64,000 nt of DNA from an uncultured Methylophaga sp. (GTDB taxonomy: Bacteria; Pseudomonadota; Gammaproteobacteria; GCF-002020875): the NCBI GenBank assembly GCA_937877715.1, contig CALEHW010000046.1, positions 18,701-82,700 of the forward strand, read 5' to 3'. The notes under the pieces are model-generated. The model was not told where the DNA came from. It worked only from the letters and a program-made list of their open reading frames with translations, and ran no database searches. Below are positions 1-11,400 of the stretch, in pieces (the stretch's first letter is position 1; each line of letters begins with the position of its first letter). Made by a program: the position numbers and the translations under genes.

Positions 1-481
1 CGAGCGGTACCGGAGTATGTTCAGCAAGATGGCGCACCTGTGGTGCAGAGAGGACACGGGGAATCACCACCCGGCGAATACCGAAAGTACGATGCATGAA
101 ACTGATCGCCTCATAGTTGGTGGCAGAACCCTGTACCGAGAGGTGTAATTTCAGATCCGGCCAGCGGTTTGCTGCATAATCTAGAATGCCAATATCTGCC
201 AGGATTACCGCATCCACACCTGCCTCGGCAGCACTATCTACTGCAGCTGTCCAGCGCTCCCAGCCACTCGGTTGGGGGAAGGTGTTGATGGCGGCAAAGA
301 GACGCGCACCGTGACTATGGGCATACTCAATCCCCTGACCAACATTCTTCTCATTGAAATTCAGGCCAGCAAAATTTCTGGCATTGGTGTCATCCTTGAA
401 TCCCACATAAACTGCATCAGCACCGTTGTCGATCGCTGCTTTCAGTGAGGGGAGATTACCTGCCGGGCATACCAGTTCCAT
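1..481 (-). CDS. ubiU: Peptidase U32 family protein, O2-independent ubiquinone hydroxylase subunit UbiU (YhbU-like). N-terminal ~160 aa only; the gene runs off the window.
   Basis: Not in the ORF track because it touches the window edge. Reverse translation from the ATG at 479-481 gives MELVCPAGNLPSLKAAIDNGADAVYVGFKDDTNARNFAGLNFNEKN...FGIRRVVIPRVLSAPQVRHLAEHTPVPL. This matches the remembered N-terminus of E. coli YhbU/UbiU almost residue for residue. Confidence 0.8.
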   Translation of the reverse strand, partial: MELVCPAGNLPSLKAAIDNGADAVYVGFKDDTNARNFAGLNFNEKNVGQGIEYAHSHGARLFAAINTFPQPSGWERWTAAVDSAAEAGVDAVILADIGILDYAANRWPDLKLHLSVQGSATNYEAISFMHRTFGIRRVVIPRVLSAPQVRHLAEHTPVPL

Positions 482-520
482 TGCACCACTTATATATTAT
501 CATCCAGAATAGAGGCAGGA

Positions 521-550
521 ATTGTAGTGTATCCCTTATTGACAGTCCAA
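521..550 (-). promoter_or_regulatory. Candidate sigma70 promoter for ubiU (TTGGAC-N18-TACAAT)
   Basis: The minus strand reads ttggac tgtcaataagggatacac tacaat, ending 39 nt upstream of the ubiU ATG. Hexamers were read by eye only. Confidence 0.3.
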
Positions 551-654
551 AAAAATAACTATTTTTTTCTCTGCCAACACAGACATCCAAAAAAACTATA
601 AATCACGGCGAATATCTGGATCAGCAAATAAAAGTTACATTTTAGATCGTACCA

Positions 655-798
655 CTACCCAAACAATACGGTATTGGCTGAAGTCATCAGGGTACCAGTT
701 GAAAGTAGTATCCCAACAAGAGGTACAGACACAATTACAGTGGAAATAAGCAGGACTCCGGAAACAGTAGCGGTAATTTTTTCTGATACTTTTTTCAT
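655..798 (-). CDS. Small hydrophobic membrane peptide, 47 aa (MKKVSEKITATVSGVLLISTVIVSVPLVGILLSTGTLMTSANTVLFG)
   Basis: This is the internal ATG of the 85-aa track ORF. It is preceded by GGAG with an 8-nt spacing (ggagatttttcaATG). The peptide has a charged N-terminus followed by one ~25-aa hydrophobic span. It lies downstream of a consensus promoter at 916-943. No homolog recognised. Confidence 0.4.
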   Translation of the reverse strand: MKKVSEKITATVSGVLLISTVIVSVPLVGILLSTGTLMTSANTVLFG

Positions 799-915
799 TG
801 AAAAATCTCCATATAATACATTTGTCTTGAACAGTAATTTAAATATCATGATAATCTGATAAAAACACCAGGTTATTAAGGTTAATTGATAGATATCAAA
901 TATCTGATGCATTCA

Positions 916-943
916 ATTATAGGGAAATTTTAACATTTGTCAA
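916..943 (-). promoter_or_regulatory. Near-perfect sigma70 promoter, TTGACA-N16-TATAAT, with an A/T-rich upstream flank
   Basis: The minus strand reads gaaataaTTGACAaatgttaaaatttcccTATAATtgaat. The -35 is at 938-943 and the -10 at 916-921. It points toward the 47-aa ORF, giving a ~110 nt leader. That leader contains the perfect palindrome agatat-caa-atatct at 891-905. Confidence 0.55.
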
Positions 944-1036
944 TTATTTCTTTGCGAAAAGAGTGCTTTTTTATGATATAAATCAATTATAAACCAATAA
1001 GCATCTTCCTTCTCTTCTAGGCACAATCAACAATAA

Positions 1037-2002
1037 TCAACCTAACTTGCTAATAAATGGTGGTACTTCTGTTGTAGAAGAGTTAACCCTTCTGCTTAAC
1101 TCCCTCTCTATCGCATTCAGGACACTCCATTTCTTTCCACACCATCTCGGCGCAAGAAGAATATCCTCGGATGCGGTGGCAGTCAGACGGTGGTAGATCA
1201 TCTCATCAGGTGCCTGCTCAATCCAGTTGGCGACAATATCGATGTACTGCTCCTGAGTTAGTGGCTCAAACTCCCCGCGGCGCCACTCATTTGCCAGCGC
1301 CGTCCCCTTTACGACATGCAGCGGGTGGAACTTGAACCCATTGGTTCCCAGCTCCAGTACATGCTCCATAGTCTCTCTGTAGTGGCGTTCGCCTTCACCT
1401 GGTAGCCCCGCAATCAGATGGGTGCAGAGTTGAATTCCTCGCAGCTGTGCAGCACGCACTGCCTGACGATATTCGGAAAAGTAGTGGAGCCGGTTGACTC
1501 TATCCAGGGTCTCGTCAAAGGCTGATTGCAGCCCCAGCTCCAGCCAGATCTCATACCCCTCCTCACGATACCCAGCCAGCAGATCGAGCACAGGATCAGG
1601 CACACAATCGGGTCGTGTACCAATTGAGAGCCCAACCACATCCGGTTCCGAGAGCGCCTCACGGTACATCCGATCCAGCTCGCCGGGGTCTGCATAAGTA
1701 TTGGTGTAGGCCTGAAAATAGGCAACATAGAGCTGCGCACCGGTACGCTTGCGAATTACCTGTCGACCCGACTCAATCTGTTCCGCCACAGTTCGTGGAT
1801 TTCTGCCATGCGGACTAAAAGAGATGTTGTTACAGAAGGTGCACCCACCTCGCCCCTTGGAGCCATCGATATTTGGGCAGGTGAAACCGGCATCAATCGA
1901 TACCTTGTGGACCCGCTCGCCAAAACGGGCCTGCATTGCGCTTCCAAAGGTGTGAATATAGTCCGTCAGTACCATGGGGCAAAAGTATATCTGATCCCCC
2001 AT
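1037..2002 (-). CDS. TIGR01212-family radical SAM protein (YhcC-like)
   Basis: FGERVHKVSIDAGFTCPNIDGSKGRGGCTFCNN resembles the E. coli YhcC N-terminal radical-SAM Cys cluster region. The exact start (M1 or M10) is uncertain because neither has a clear SD. Confidence 0.85.
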   Translation of the reverse strand: MGDQIYFCPMVLTDYIHTFGSAMQARFGERVHKVSIDAGFTCPNIDGSKGRGGCTFCNNISFSPHGRNPRTVAEQIESGRQVIRKRTGAQLYVAYFQAYTNTYADPGELDRMYREALSEPDVVGLSIGTRPDCVPDPVLDLLAGYREEGYEIWLELGLQSAFDETLDRVNRLHYFSEYRQAVRAAQLRGIQLCTHLIAGLPGEGERHYRETMEHVLELGTNGFKFHPLHVVKGTALANEWRRGEFEPLTQEQYIDIVANWIEQAPDEMIYHRLTATASEDILLAPRWCGKKWSVLNAIERELSRRVNSSTTEVPPFISKLG

Positions 2003-2047
2003 GGAATCAGTAGAGGACGGATGGAATTTCTTGATAAAAAAGGTTGG

Positions 2048-2545
2048 TTACTGGCGATCCTGGTAAAAACTGATCGCCTTGTTGAAGGCCATCCGCAGCG
2101 GCCCTGGAATAGAGAGCGCCTCGACATCAAGTCCATATATCAGGTTCTTGGTCTCAAGGCCCAGCTCAACATCACCCTCGAGGCGAATCCGACGCTGAAA
2201 AAAGAGTGTATCGGGATCCTCCTTGCCCAGTGAAAGCTGCAGGAAATCATAGAGGTCTCCACTGATAGCAAGATCAATCGGCCCCTCACCAGAGTGGGCA
2301 ACCAACCCCTTCCTCCCCTTGGTAAAGCGGAACTCCACCCCACCATCCAGTAGACGAATTACCGCAGTTCGCGACTCCAGAAAATCGAGATCACCATCAC
2401 GCAGCTGCTGCTTGAAAACGTGGTTCAACACCGCAACCAGAAGTTGCGTATGAACTACGTTCGGCACCATCTTCAACGGTGCCGCCAGAAATGGAGGGAT
2501 CTGTGGATTGCCCCCGGCCTCATTTGTCTTGTAGGTATCCTGCAT
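2048..2545 (-). CDS. ubiT: SCP2 domain protein, ubiquinone anaerobic biosynthesis accessory factor UbiT (YhbT-like)
   Basis: DPDTLFFQRRIRLEGDVELGLETKNLIYGLDVE and LRDGDLDFLE align with the remembered E. coli YhbT sequence (DPDTLFFQRRLVIEGDTELGLYVKNLMD; DDGELEFLEG). Confidence 0.75.
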   Translation of the reverse strand: MQDTYKTNEAGGNPQIPPFLAAPLKMVPNVVHTQLLVAVLNHVFKQQLRDGDLDFLESRTAVIRLLDGGVEFRFTKGRKGLVAHSGEGPIDLAISGDLYDFLQLSLGKEDPDTLFFQRRIRLEGDVELGLETKNLIYGLDVEALSIPGPLRMAFNKAISFYQDRQ

Positions 2546-2596
2546 CCGCCTATTGTACCCTACCTGTCCACAGGCAATCCGCCTGTCGATCTTTAT

Positions 2597-2632
2597 AAAA
2601 AAAACCGGTATCCCGATTGTACAGAATACCGG
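2597..2632 (-). terminator. Rho-independent terminator (CCGGTAT...ATACCGG stem followed by U8)
   Basis: The minus strand reads agCCGGTATtctgtacaatcgggATACCGGtttttttt. It lies ~190 nt downstream of the methyltransferase stop and 52 nt upstream of the ubiT start. Confidence 0.7.
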
Positions 2633-2822
2633 CTACGCCACCTCCCCCTTAATATCTGCTAGGTCAAGACCAAACCACTCTCAGGCTGCTCCTCGCAGAA
2701 GATATTCTTGATCTGGTTTATAAGAGATAGCACCTCTTCAGTCTGGATGGAACAGTACACCTTGTGGGGTATCACGGCCTCGCCTGAGACGACTGATTGC
2801 CCAGTATGATATAGAAGGGTAA

Positions 2823-3440
2823 CTACTCTCTGATCGCCCGGGCCACCGTATAGGCCTTGCCCTGCTTCAGCTTCTTGTAGTTCCCAAACACCTCATTAAA
2901 GTTGCGTTTAATAAAATCACGCAACCCATTGATGGTTACCACCACAATCTCTCCACCCGGCCTCATATGTGAGTGTGCGTCACACAGCATAATTGTCAGC
3001 AACTCCCTCCCCACCTTCGCCGGTATATTGGATACCACGATATCAAAGCGAACCCCTTTTGGTACATCACTCAACCCGTTGGAGAGGTAGGCGTGACAGT
3101 GGTCAAGCCCATTGATTGCGGCATTACGATTGGCATACTCAACTGCCAGATAGTCCTTGTCCACCATATGAATATCTCCGTTCGTGGCCCTGCCCCCCAT
3201 TGCCAACCCCAATGGCCCATACCCACAACCAATATCCAGAATAGTCTCTTCCGGACCAACCTCCAGATAATTCAGTAGAAGCCTGGTCCCATCATCGATA
3301 CCTCTGGGGCTGAAAAGACCCCAGGTAGTATGGAAGGTCAGCTGCTTGTCCAGCAGTTGCTCTGCAAAAACGATATCTCTCCTCAGCTCCTCAACTGCCC
3401 CACAACCTCCGGCCCGACTACTCACTGTTTTTGAGTTCAT
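2823..3440 (-). CDS. Class I SAM-dependent methyltransferase (small MTS domain, RsmC/RlmG-like catalytic domain only)
   Basis: SAM motif I ILDIGCGYGPLGLAM, acidic loop VDKDYLAV, and motif IV variant VVSNIPAKVG. Confidence 0.8.
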   Translation of the reverse strand: MNSKTVSSRAGGCGAVEELRRDIVFAEQLLDKQLTFHTTWGLFSPRGIDDGTRLLLNYLEVGPEETILDIGCGYGPLGLAMGGRATNGDIHMVDKDYLAVEYANRNAAINGLDHCHAYLSNGLSDVPKGVRFDIVVSNIPAKVGRELLTIMLCDAHSHMRPGGEIVVVTINGLRDFIKRNFNEVFGNYKKLKQGKAYTVARAIRE

Positions 3441-3539
3441 CGGCCGATTCTCTCACTCCAGGGATCAGAAATCATCGCTTTTCCGTTATAATCATCCATC
3501 ATGAATATTTGCATAAATACCACTTTCAGGAAACAATAG

Positions 3540-4910
<1,371 letters not shown>

Positions 4911-4913
4911 CAG

Positions 4914-5609
4914 ATGGTAAATCAGTCAAAAATTGTTGTTGCCCTAGACTTTCCCGATGCAACGCAGGCACTGGCTCTGGCGGAGCAGCTGGATCCAGCC
5001 AGCTGCAGAGTAAAAGTTGGCAAGGAGCTGTTTACCCGATCTGGACCGGACATAGTCAGAAAGCTTGTCGCAATGGGGTTTGATGTTTTTCTTGATCTGA
5101 AATATCACGATATCCCCAATACTGTCGCCCGTGCCTGTGAGGCGGCAGCAGATCTTGGGGTCTGGATGGTAAATGTGCACGCCTCTGGCGGCAGACAGAT
5201 GATGGAGGCGGCCAGTGAGGCGTTGACAAAACGGGCAGGTGGGCCACTACTAATTGCAGTCACTGTGCTCACCAGTATGGATCGTGGAGATCTATCGGAG
5301 ATTGGGCTGGATATTGATCCGGCAGATCAGGTGATGCGACTGGCAAGGCTGGCGCAACAGTCCGGCATGGATGGGGTGGTATGCTCCCCAAGAGAGATCA
5401 AACCCATCAGAGATGAACTGGGGTCAGAGTTCCGGCTGGTAACCCCAGGTATTCGTCCTGCATGGAGTGCTGTTGGTGATCAGAAACGCATCATGACCCC
5501 AGCCGATGCAGTCGCTCTTGGTAGTGACTGGCTGGTAATCGGGCGTCCCATTACTGCGGCGGCAGATCCGCTTGTTGCGCTAAACGCCATTAATGCCGAA
5601 CTAGTGTAA
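4914..5609 (+). CDS. pyrF: Orotidine 5'-phosphate decarboxylase
   Basis: VVALDF...VKVGKELF...[13 protein letters not shown]...NVHASGG motifs, 231 aa. Confidence 0.95.
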   Translation: MVNQSKIVVALDFPDATQALALAEQLDPASCRVKVGKELFTRSGPDIVRKLVAMGFDVFLDLKYHDIPNTVARACEAAADLGVWMVNVHASGGRQMMEAASEALTKRAGGPLLIAVTVLTSMDRGDLSEIGLDIDPADQVMRLARLAQQSGMDGVVCSPREIKPIRDELGSEFRLVTPGIRPAWSAVGDQKRIMTPADAVALGSDWLVIGRPITAAADPLVALNAINAELV

Positions 5610-6788
5610 CTACTCTCCAGACACCCCAACAATCGGCTTGATGGTATTCCAGCGGTTGCACCCTGGACACTGCCAGTGTAGATGGTGGGCCTGAAAGCCG
5701 CACTGATTGCACTGGTACTCTGGCTTCTCCTCTCTGAGTTGGCGAGTCAGAATCTGCAAGCCAAATAGCCCCTCCTTGGCTCTCTCATCCTCTGCATGGG
5801 TCAGATTTAGCTCAATCAACCGCTCCAGACCACGAACTGAGGGGCGCCTGGTCAGCTGCTCTACTAAAAACTGTTCAGCATCCGGACCGCCTCTCATCAG
5901 CTGAATCTGCTCAACAGTGGCCAGCAGCACTGTAGTACTGGGGTGGTTATCGAGCAGGTTCATTAAATAGTTGAGGACCTCTTCTGGGGCAGCCTCTGCT
6001 CGATAGAGTTTTAGCAACGGCTTTATGATATTCGGGATATAACTGGCATTCTGCTGCTCTATCCCCTTGTAACTGTCGATGGCCTCTCTGTTATGACCAG
6101 TTGCTGTCAAAATCTCTGCGCGAAGCATGGCAGCACGAACAGACTGCGGATCCTCCATCAGTGCTCGATCAACCAGATCCAGTGCGCCTGCTGAATTATC
6201 ATCAGCTCTGGAAATCTCCGCCTTCTCACAGAGAAACTGGGCAATAACAGGAGAGCCGTTACCACTATTTTCGTGCTGGTTGTGCAACATCTCGATTGCA
6301 CGATCCCACTCCTTCTCCTGCTGATAGATGACCACCAGCCGTTCGTAGGCATCCTGCTGATGGTATCCTAGCTCAATCAGATCCAAAAAAGGCTGCTCTG
6401 CACGATCCAGCAGTCCCGCCTTCATATAGTCTCTACCCAACTCCAGCAGAGCAAGACTGCGCTGCTCATCACTTAGGGTCTCACTACTGATCAGATTGCT
6501 ATGCAAGTGTATCGCCTGTGAGGTATCGCCCTGGCGGCGAAACAGCGTCCCCAGGGCCAGGTGTGTCTCCACCATCTTTGGATCCTCCTCCACCATTCTG
6601 GAGAAGAGATCGATTGCCCGATCCTGCTCCTGATTTATCAGATAGTTAAGGCCCCGGAAATAGTCGGTTGAGAGTGTTGAGTAGCGTTGATCAGTGGTTC
6701 GTGCTCCTCCCCTCCTTGCAATCCACCAGCCGGATGCCGCAGCAATTGGTAGCAGGATAAAACCAAGATATGGAAGTATGAAGTTCAC
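5610..6788 (-). CDS. lapB: Lipopolysaccharide assembly protein LapB (YciM): N-terminal TM, TPR repeats, C-terminal rubredoxin-type zinc site
   Basis: The C-terminus YQCNQCGFQAHHLHWQCPGCNRWNTIKPI matches E. coli LapB (YRCQKCGFTAYTLYWHCPSCRAWSTIKPI). The TPR body and lapA upstream agree. Confidence 0.9.
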   Translation of the reverse strand: MNFILPYLGFILLPIAAASGWWIARRGGARTTDQRYSTLSTDYFRGLNYLINQEQDRAIDLFSRMVEEDPKMVETHLALGTLFRRQGDTSQAIHLHSNLISSETLSDEQRSLALLELGRDYMKAGLLDRAEQPFLDLIELGYHQQDAYERLVVIYQQEKEWDRAIEMLHNQHENSGNGSPVIAQFLCEKAEISRADDNSAGALDLVDRALMEDPQSVRAAMLRAEILTATGHNREAIDSYKGIEQQNASYIPNIIKPLLKLYRAEAAPEEVLNYLMNLLDNHPSTTVLLATVEQIQLMRGGPDAEQFLVEQLTRRPSVRGLERLIELNLTHAEDERAKEGLFGLQILTRQLREEKPEYQCNQCGFQAHHLHWQCPGCNRWNTIKPIVGVSGE

Positions 6789-6801
6789 AGTTGAATTGGA
6801 G

Positions 6802-7044
6802 TTAATTTCGGTCTGTTATCTTTTCCGCCCTGCGAAGACGGATCCTCAGAGAGAAAATAAGTGGCAGCGCAGAGAGAACACCAATCAACACCCCTGATGC
6901 AAGGGCAATAACCAGTAGCAGAGAGAGAGGGATTTCCCCCTGTCCAAGGTAGTAATCAAATGAAACTGGTGCTGCATTCAATACCGCAAACAGGGTACCA
7001 AAACCAGCTACCAGAAGAAAAAGCAGCAGAGTCAGAAAACGCAT
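6802..7044 (-). CDS. lapA: Lipopolysaccharide assembly protein LapA (YciS), small two-TM protein
   Basis: Hydrophobic 80-aa protein immediately upstream of lapB and downstream of ihfB. Start trimmed from the GTG at 7053 to the ATG at 7044 (MRFLTLLLFLL), which follows an SD-like GAGTGG. Confidence 0.75.
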   Translation of the reverse strand: MRFLTLLLFLLVAGFGTLFAVLNAAPVSFDYYLGQGEIPLSLLLVIALASGVLIGVLSALPLIFSLRIRLRRAEKITDRN

Positions 7045-7061
7045 CACATCCACTCAGGATG

Positions 7062-7358
7062 TTACTGCTGCTTCAGCCAGGCCTCGTTGACTCGCTCCCG
7101 CAACTCCTTGCCGGGTTTGAAATGTGGGACAAACTTCTCCTGAAGCTCTACAGGAGCTCCTGTCTTCGGGTTACGCCCCATGCGTGCAGGGCGGTGGTGG
7201 AGAGAGAAACTCCCGAACCCGCGAATCTCGATCCGCTCACCAGACCCCAATGCCTCTGTCATCTTTTCGATTATCGTCTTTACCGCCATCTCAACATCCG
7301 TATAAGCCAGATGCGGAAGCTTCTTGTATAGCGATTCAATCAGTTCCGATTTTGTCAT
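7062..7358 (-). CDS. ihfB: Integration host factor subunit beta
   Basis: MTKSELIE...[46 protein letters not shown] is the canonical HU/IHF beta signature. Confidence 0.95.
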   Translation of the reverse strand: MTKSELIESLYKKLPHLAYTDVEMAVKTIIEKMTEALGSGERIEIRGFGSFSLHHRPARMGRNPKTGAPVELQEKFVPHFKPGKELRERVNEAWLKQQ

Positions 7359-7388
7359 GATTATCCCCTTTTATGAGGCTCAAGATTA

Positions 7389-7449
7389 AAGGTTAAAGGT
7401 ACACGGCGCAAGGTGAGCCTCGCACCTTTTATTTTGCACCTTTAACCTT
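7389..7449 (-). promoter_or_regulatory. Nested stem-loop in the rpsA-ihfB intergenic transcript: 12-bp outer stem and 6-bp inner stem, with no U-tract
   Basis: aaggttaaaggt (7389-7400) is the exact reverse complement of acctttaacctt (7438-7449). The inner hairpin is aaggtg (7410-7415) / cacctt (7423-7428). Confidence 0.5.
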
Positions 7450-7462
7450 CTACCTTTTACCC

Positions 7463-9139
<1,677 letters not shown>

Positions 9140-9252
9140 AACAATTTTTTCCTAAATCTTACCCAGAAGATGGTTTAGCTGATTCCATTCAGCATCATCA
9201 ACAGAGCGGTTGGGGTTCAGTCGTCCAGATTTGGAGCTGCTTTGAACCCATT

Positions 9253-9289
9253 AAAAAAACAGAAGGGGTCTCTCTTGATTGACACCTTC
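9253..9289 (-). terminator. Rho-independent terminator after cmk
   Basis: The minus strand reads GAAGGTGTCaatcaagagaGACCCCTTCtgttttttt. The stem pairs 8 of 9 positions and is followed by a U-run, 37 nt past the cmk stop. Confidence 0.55.
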
Positions 9290-9325
9290 CACCATCACAA
9301 CACACTAAACTTGTAATCGAGAGAT

Positions 9326-10024
9326 TTACCGAACCATCAGTCCACGCTCTGTTGCCAGGCCCATGACTGCTGTGATCACGGATTCGATATCCATCTCTGT
9401 TGTATCCAGCATCACTGCATCTTCTGCCGGACGTAACGGAGAGGTGGAGCGTTCAGAATCTCTACGATCACGTTCCTCAATCTCACTTTTAAGGGCGCGA
9501 ATATTAGCATCATCACCTTTCTCGATCAACTGCTTATACCGTCTTTTAGCGCGTTCTTCAGCACTTGCAGTGAGAAAAATCTTTAATGCCGCACCAGGAA
9601 AAACTGTGGTCCCCATATCCCGACCATCTGCCACCACTCCGGGCGGCTGTTCAAAATCACGCTGGCGCTGCAGCAGTGCCGCACGCACGGCTGGCAGAGC
9701 TGCCACTTTGGAGGCTGCGTCCCCTGCAGTTTCGGTGCGAATAGAGGAGGTAACATCCTCTCCATCCAGCAATACCTCCACCCCAAGGCCGGAACGTCCG
9801 GTACCAAATGAGACCCCCAGACTGGCAGCCTCCTCGACCAACAGAAGTTCATTGTCCAGGGCGATCTGTTTGCGTGCCGCCGCAAGCCCCAACACACGAT
9901 AGAGGGCGCCACTATCGAGATAATCCCATCCCAATCTGTTGGCAACAGCCAGCGAGATAGTCCCCTTTCCAGCTCCACCTGGACCATCTATGGTAATTAC
10001 ACCACTGCTGCCATGCTGATTCAT
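9326..10024 (-). CDS. cmk: Cytidylate kinase
   Basis: ITIDGPGGAGKGT P-loop and LDSGALYR motif. Its ATG overlaps the aroA stop (ATGA). Confidence 0.95.
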   Translation of the reverse strand: MNQHGSSGVITIDGPGGAGKGTISLAVANRLGWDYLDSGALYRVLGLAAARKQIALDNELLLVEEAASLGVSFGTGRSGLGVEVLLDGEDVTSSIRTETAGDAASKVAALPAVRAALLQRQRDFEQPPGVVADGRDMGTTVFPGAALKIFLTASAEERAKRRYKQLIEKGDDANIRALKSEIEERDRRDSERSTSPLRPAEDAVMLDTTEMDIESVITAVMGLATERGLMVR

Positions 10025-11340
10025 GACTCCTCTCCAATATTCAAACCTGCCCTAGCCGCCAGAGATGCAAACCCCGGGAAGGATGTATTCACATTGTCAC
10101 ACCCCTCAATCTCGATTAGTGCCGTGGCTCGCAGTCCGGCCATTGCAAATGACATCGAGATACGATGATCATGGTGCGAGTAGACTGCTCCCCCACCAAT
10201 AACTCCACCCTGAATCACGATGCCATCAGGGGTCGGTTTGGCGTCCACCCCGAGAGTAGTCAGCCCATCTGCCATCACCTGGATACGGTCACTCTCCTTG
10301 ACCCGCAATTCCTCTGCCCCGGTAAGAGTTGTCTCCCCATCTGCACAGGCAGCAGCGATAAATAGCACTGGAAACTCATCAATTGCCAGAGGAACCTGAT
10401 CCACCGGGATCTCTATCCCGTGAAGTGGCGCAGATTTAACCCGCAGATCTGCAACCGGCTCACCACCGGAAACTCTCTCATTCAATACCTCAATATCTGC
10501 CCCCATCTCTCTCAGAATATTGATTATCCCGATCCTGGTTGGATTCATCCCGACGTGCTGCAGAGTGAGGTCTGACCCCTCTGATATTGAGGCCCCAACC
10601 AGAAAAAATGCTGCAGAGGAGATATCCGCTGGAACATCAACTCTTGTTGCCTTGAGAGAGCCACCCCCAGTCAAACAGACCCTGCTGCCATCACGTCTTA
10701 CCTCAACCCCAAAGCCGTTGAGCATCCTCTCGGTATGGTCACGGGTGGGGGCAGGCTCGGTAACACAGGTATCACCATTGGCATAGAGACCAGCCAGCAG
10801 AACTGATGATTTGACCTGGGCACTGGCCATTGGCATCTCGTAATCAATCCCTGTTAACTTCGCACCACCTGAAATCCTGAGGGGTGAGGTTCCATCAGGA
10901 TCACTCTTGATCTCCGCCCCCATCTCACCAAGCGGATTGGTGACCCGCCCCATTGGGCGACCGGAGAGGGACTCATCTCCGGTCAGGGTCACATTAAATT
11001 TTTGCCCCGCAAGAAGCCCAGAGAGCAGCCGCATTGAGGTGCCGGAATTTCCAAGATCCAGTGGGGCATCGGGTTCGGTCAGTCCATCCATTCCAACCCC
11101 ATGGATAGTCACCCCTCCATCCGTTGGCCCCTCAATCTCAACACCCATCTGGCGAAAGGCGTTGAGCGTCGCCAGACTGTCCTCACCCTGGAGAAAACCG
11201 CTAATCTCGGTTACCCCCTCCGCCAGCGCACCCAACATTATGGAGCGATGCGAGATAGACTTGTCCCCAGGAACACGAATGGTCCCCTGCAATTTGCCAC
11301 CCGGTTGCACCTTGAATTTCAAACCTGACATCTTGCTCAT
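10021..11340 (-). CDS. aroA: 3-phosphoshikimate 1-carboxyvinyltransferase (EPSP synthase)
   Basis: GTIRVPGDKSISHRSIMLGALAEG and LGNSGTSMRLL motifs, 439 aa. Confidence 0.95.
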   Translation of the reverse strand: MSKMSGLKFKVQPGGKLQGTIRVPGDKSISHRSIMLGALAEGVTEISGFLQGEDSLATLNAFRQMGVEIEGPTDGGVTIHGVGMDGLTEPDAPLDLGNSGTSMRLLSGLLAGQKFNVTLTGDESLSGRPMGRVTNPLGEMGAEIKSDPDGTSPLRISGGAKLTGIDYEMPMASAQVKSSVLLAGLYANGDTCVTEPAPTRDHTERMLNGFGVEVRRDGSRVCLTGGGSLKATRVDVPADISSAAFFLVGASISEGSDLTLQHVGMNPTRIGIINILREMGADIEVLNERVSGGEPVADLRVKSAPLHGIEIPVDQVPLAIDEFPVLFIAAACADGETTLTGAEELRVKESDRIQVMADGLTTLGVDAKPTPDGIVIQGGVIGGGAVYSHHDHRISMSFAMAGLRATALIEIEGCDNVNTSFPGFASLAARAGLNIGEES

Positions 11341-11400
11341 TACCCTGCTATTAATTTGCGCGGATTATACCCACTACTATCCATAATGTGTCGGAGCGCC

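Noticed and set aside
482-654. An FNR/ANR box (TTGAT-N4-ATCAA) upstream of ubiU, expected for an anaerobic ubiquinone gene.
   Set aside because: The closest match, TTGGA-CTGT-CAATA, overlaps the putative -35 but has a poor right half-site. That is not enough to call.
655-912. The full 85-aa version of the small minus-strand ORF, starting MHQIFDIY.
   Set aside because: Its ATG (910-912) lies only 3 nt downstream of the TATAAT -10 hexamer, upstream of the expected transcription start. It has no SD. The internal ATG at 798 has a GGAG SD, so I kept only the 47-aa version.
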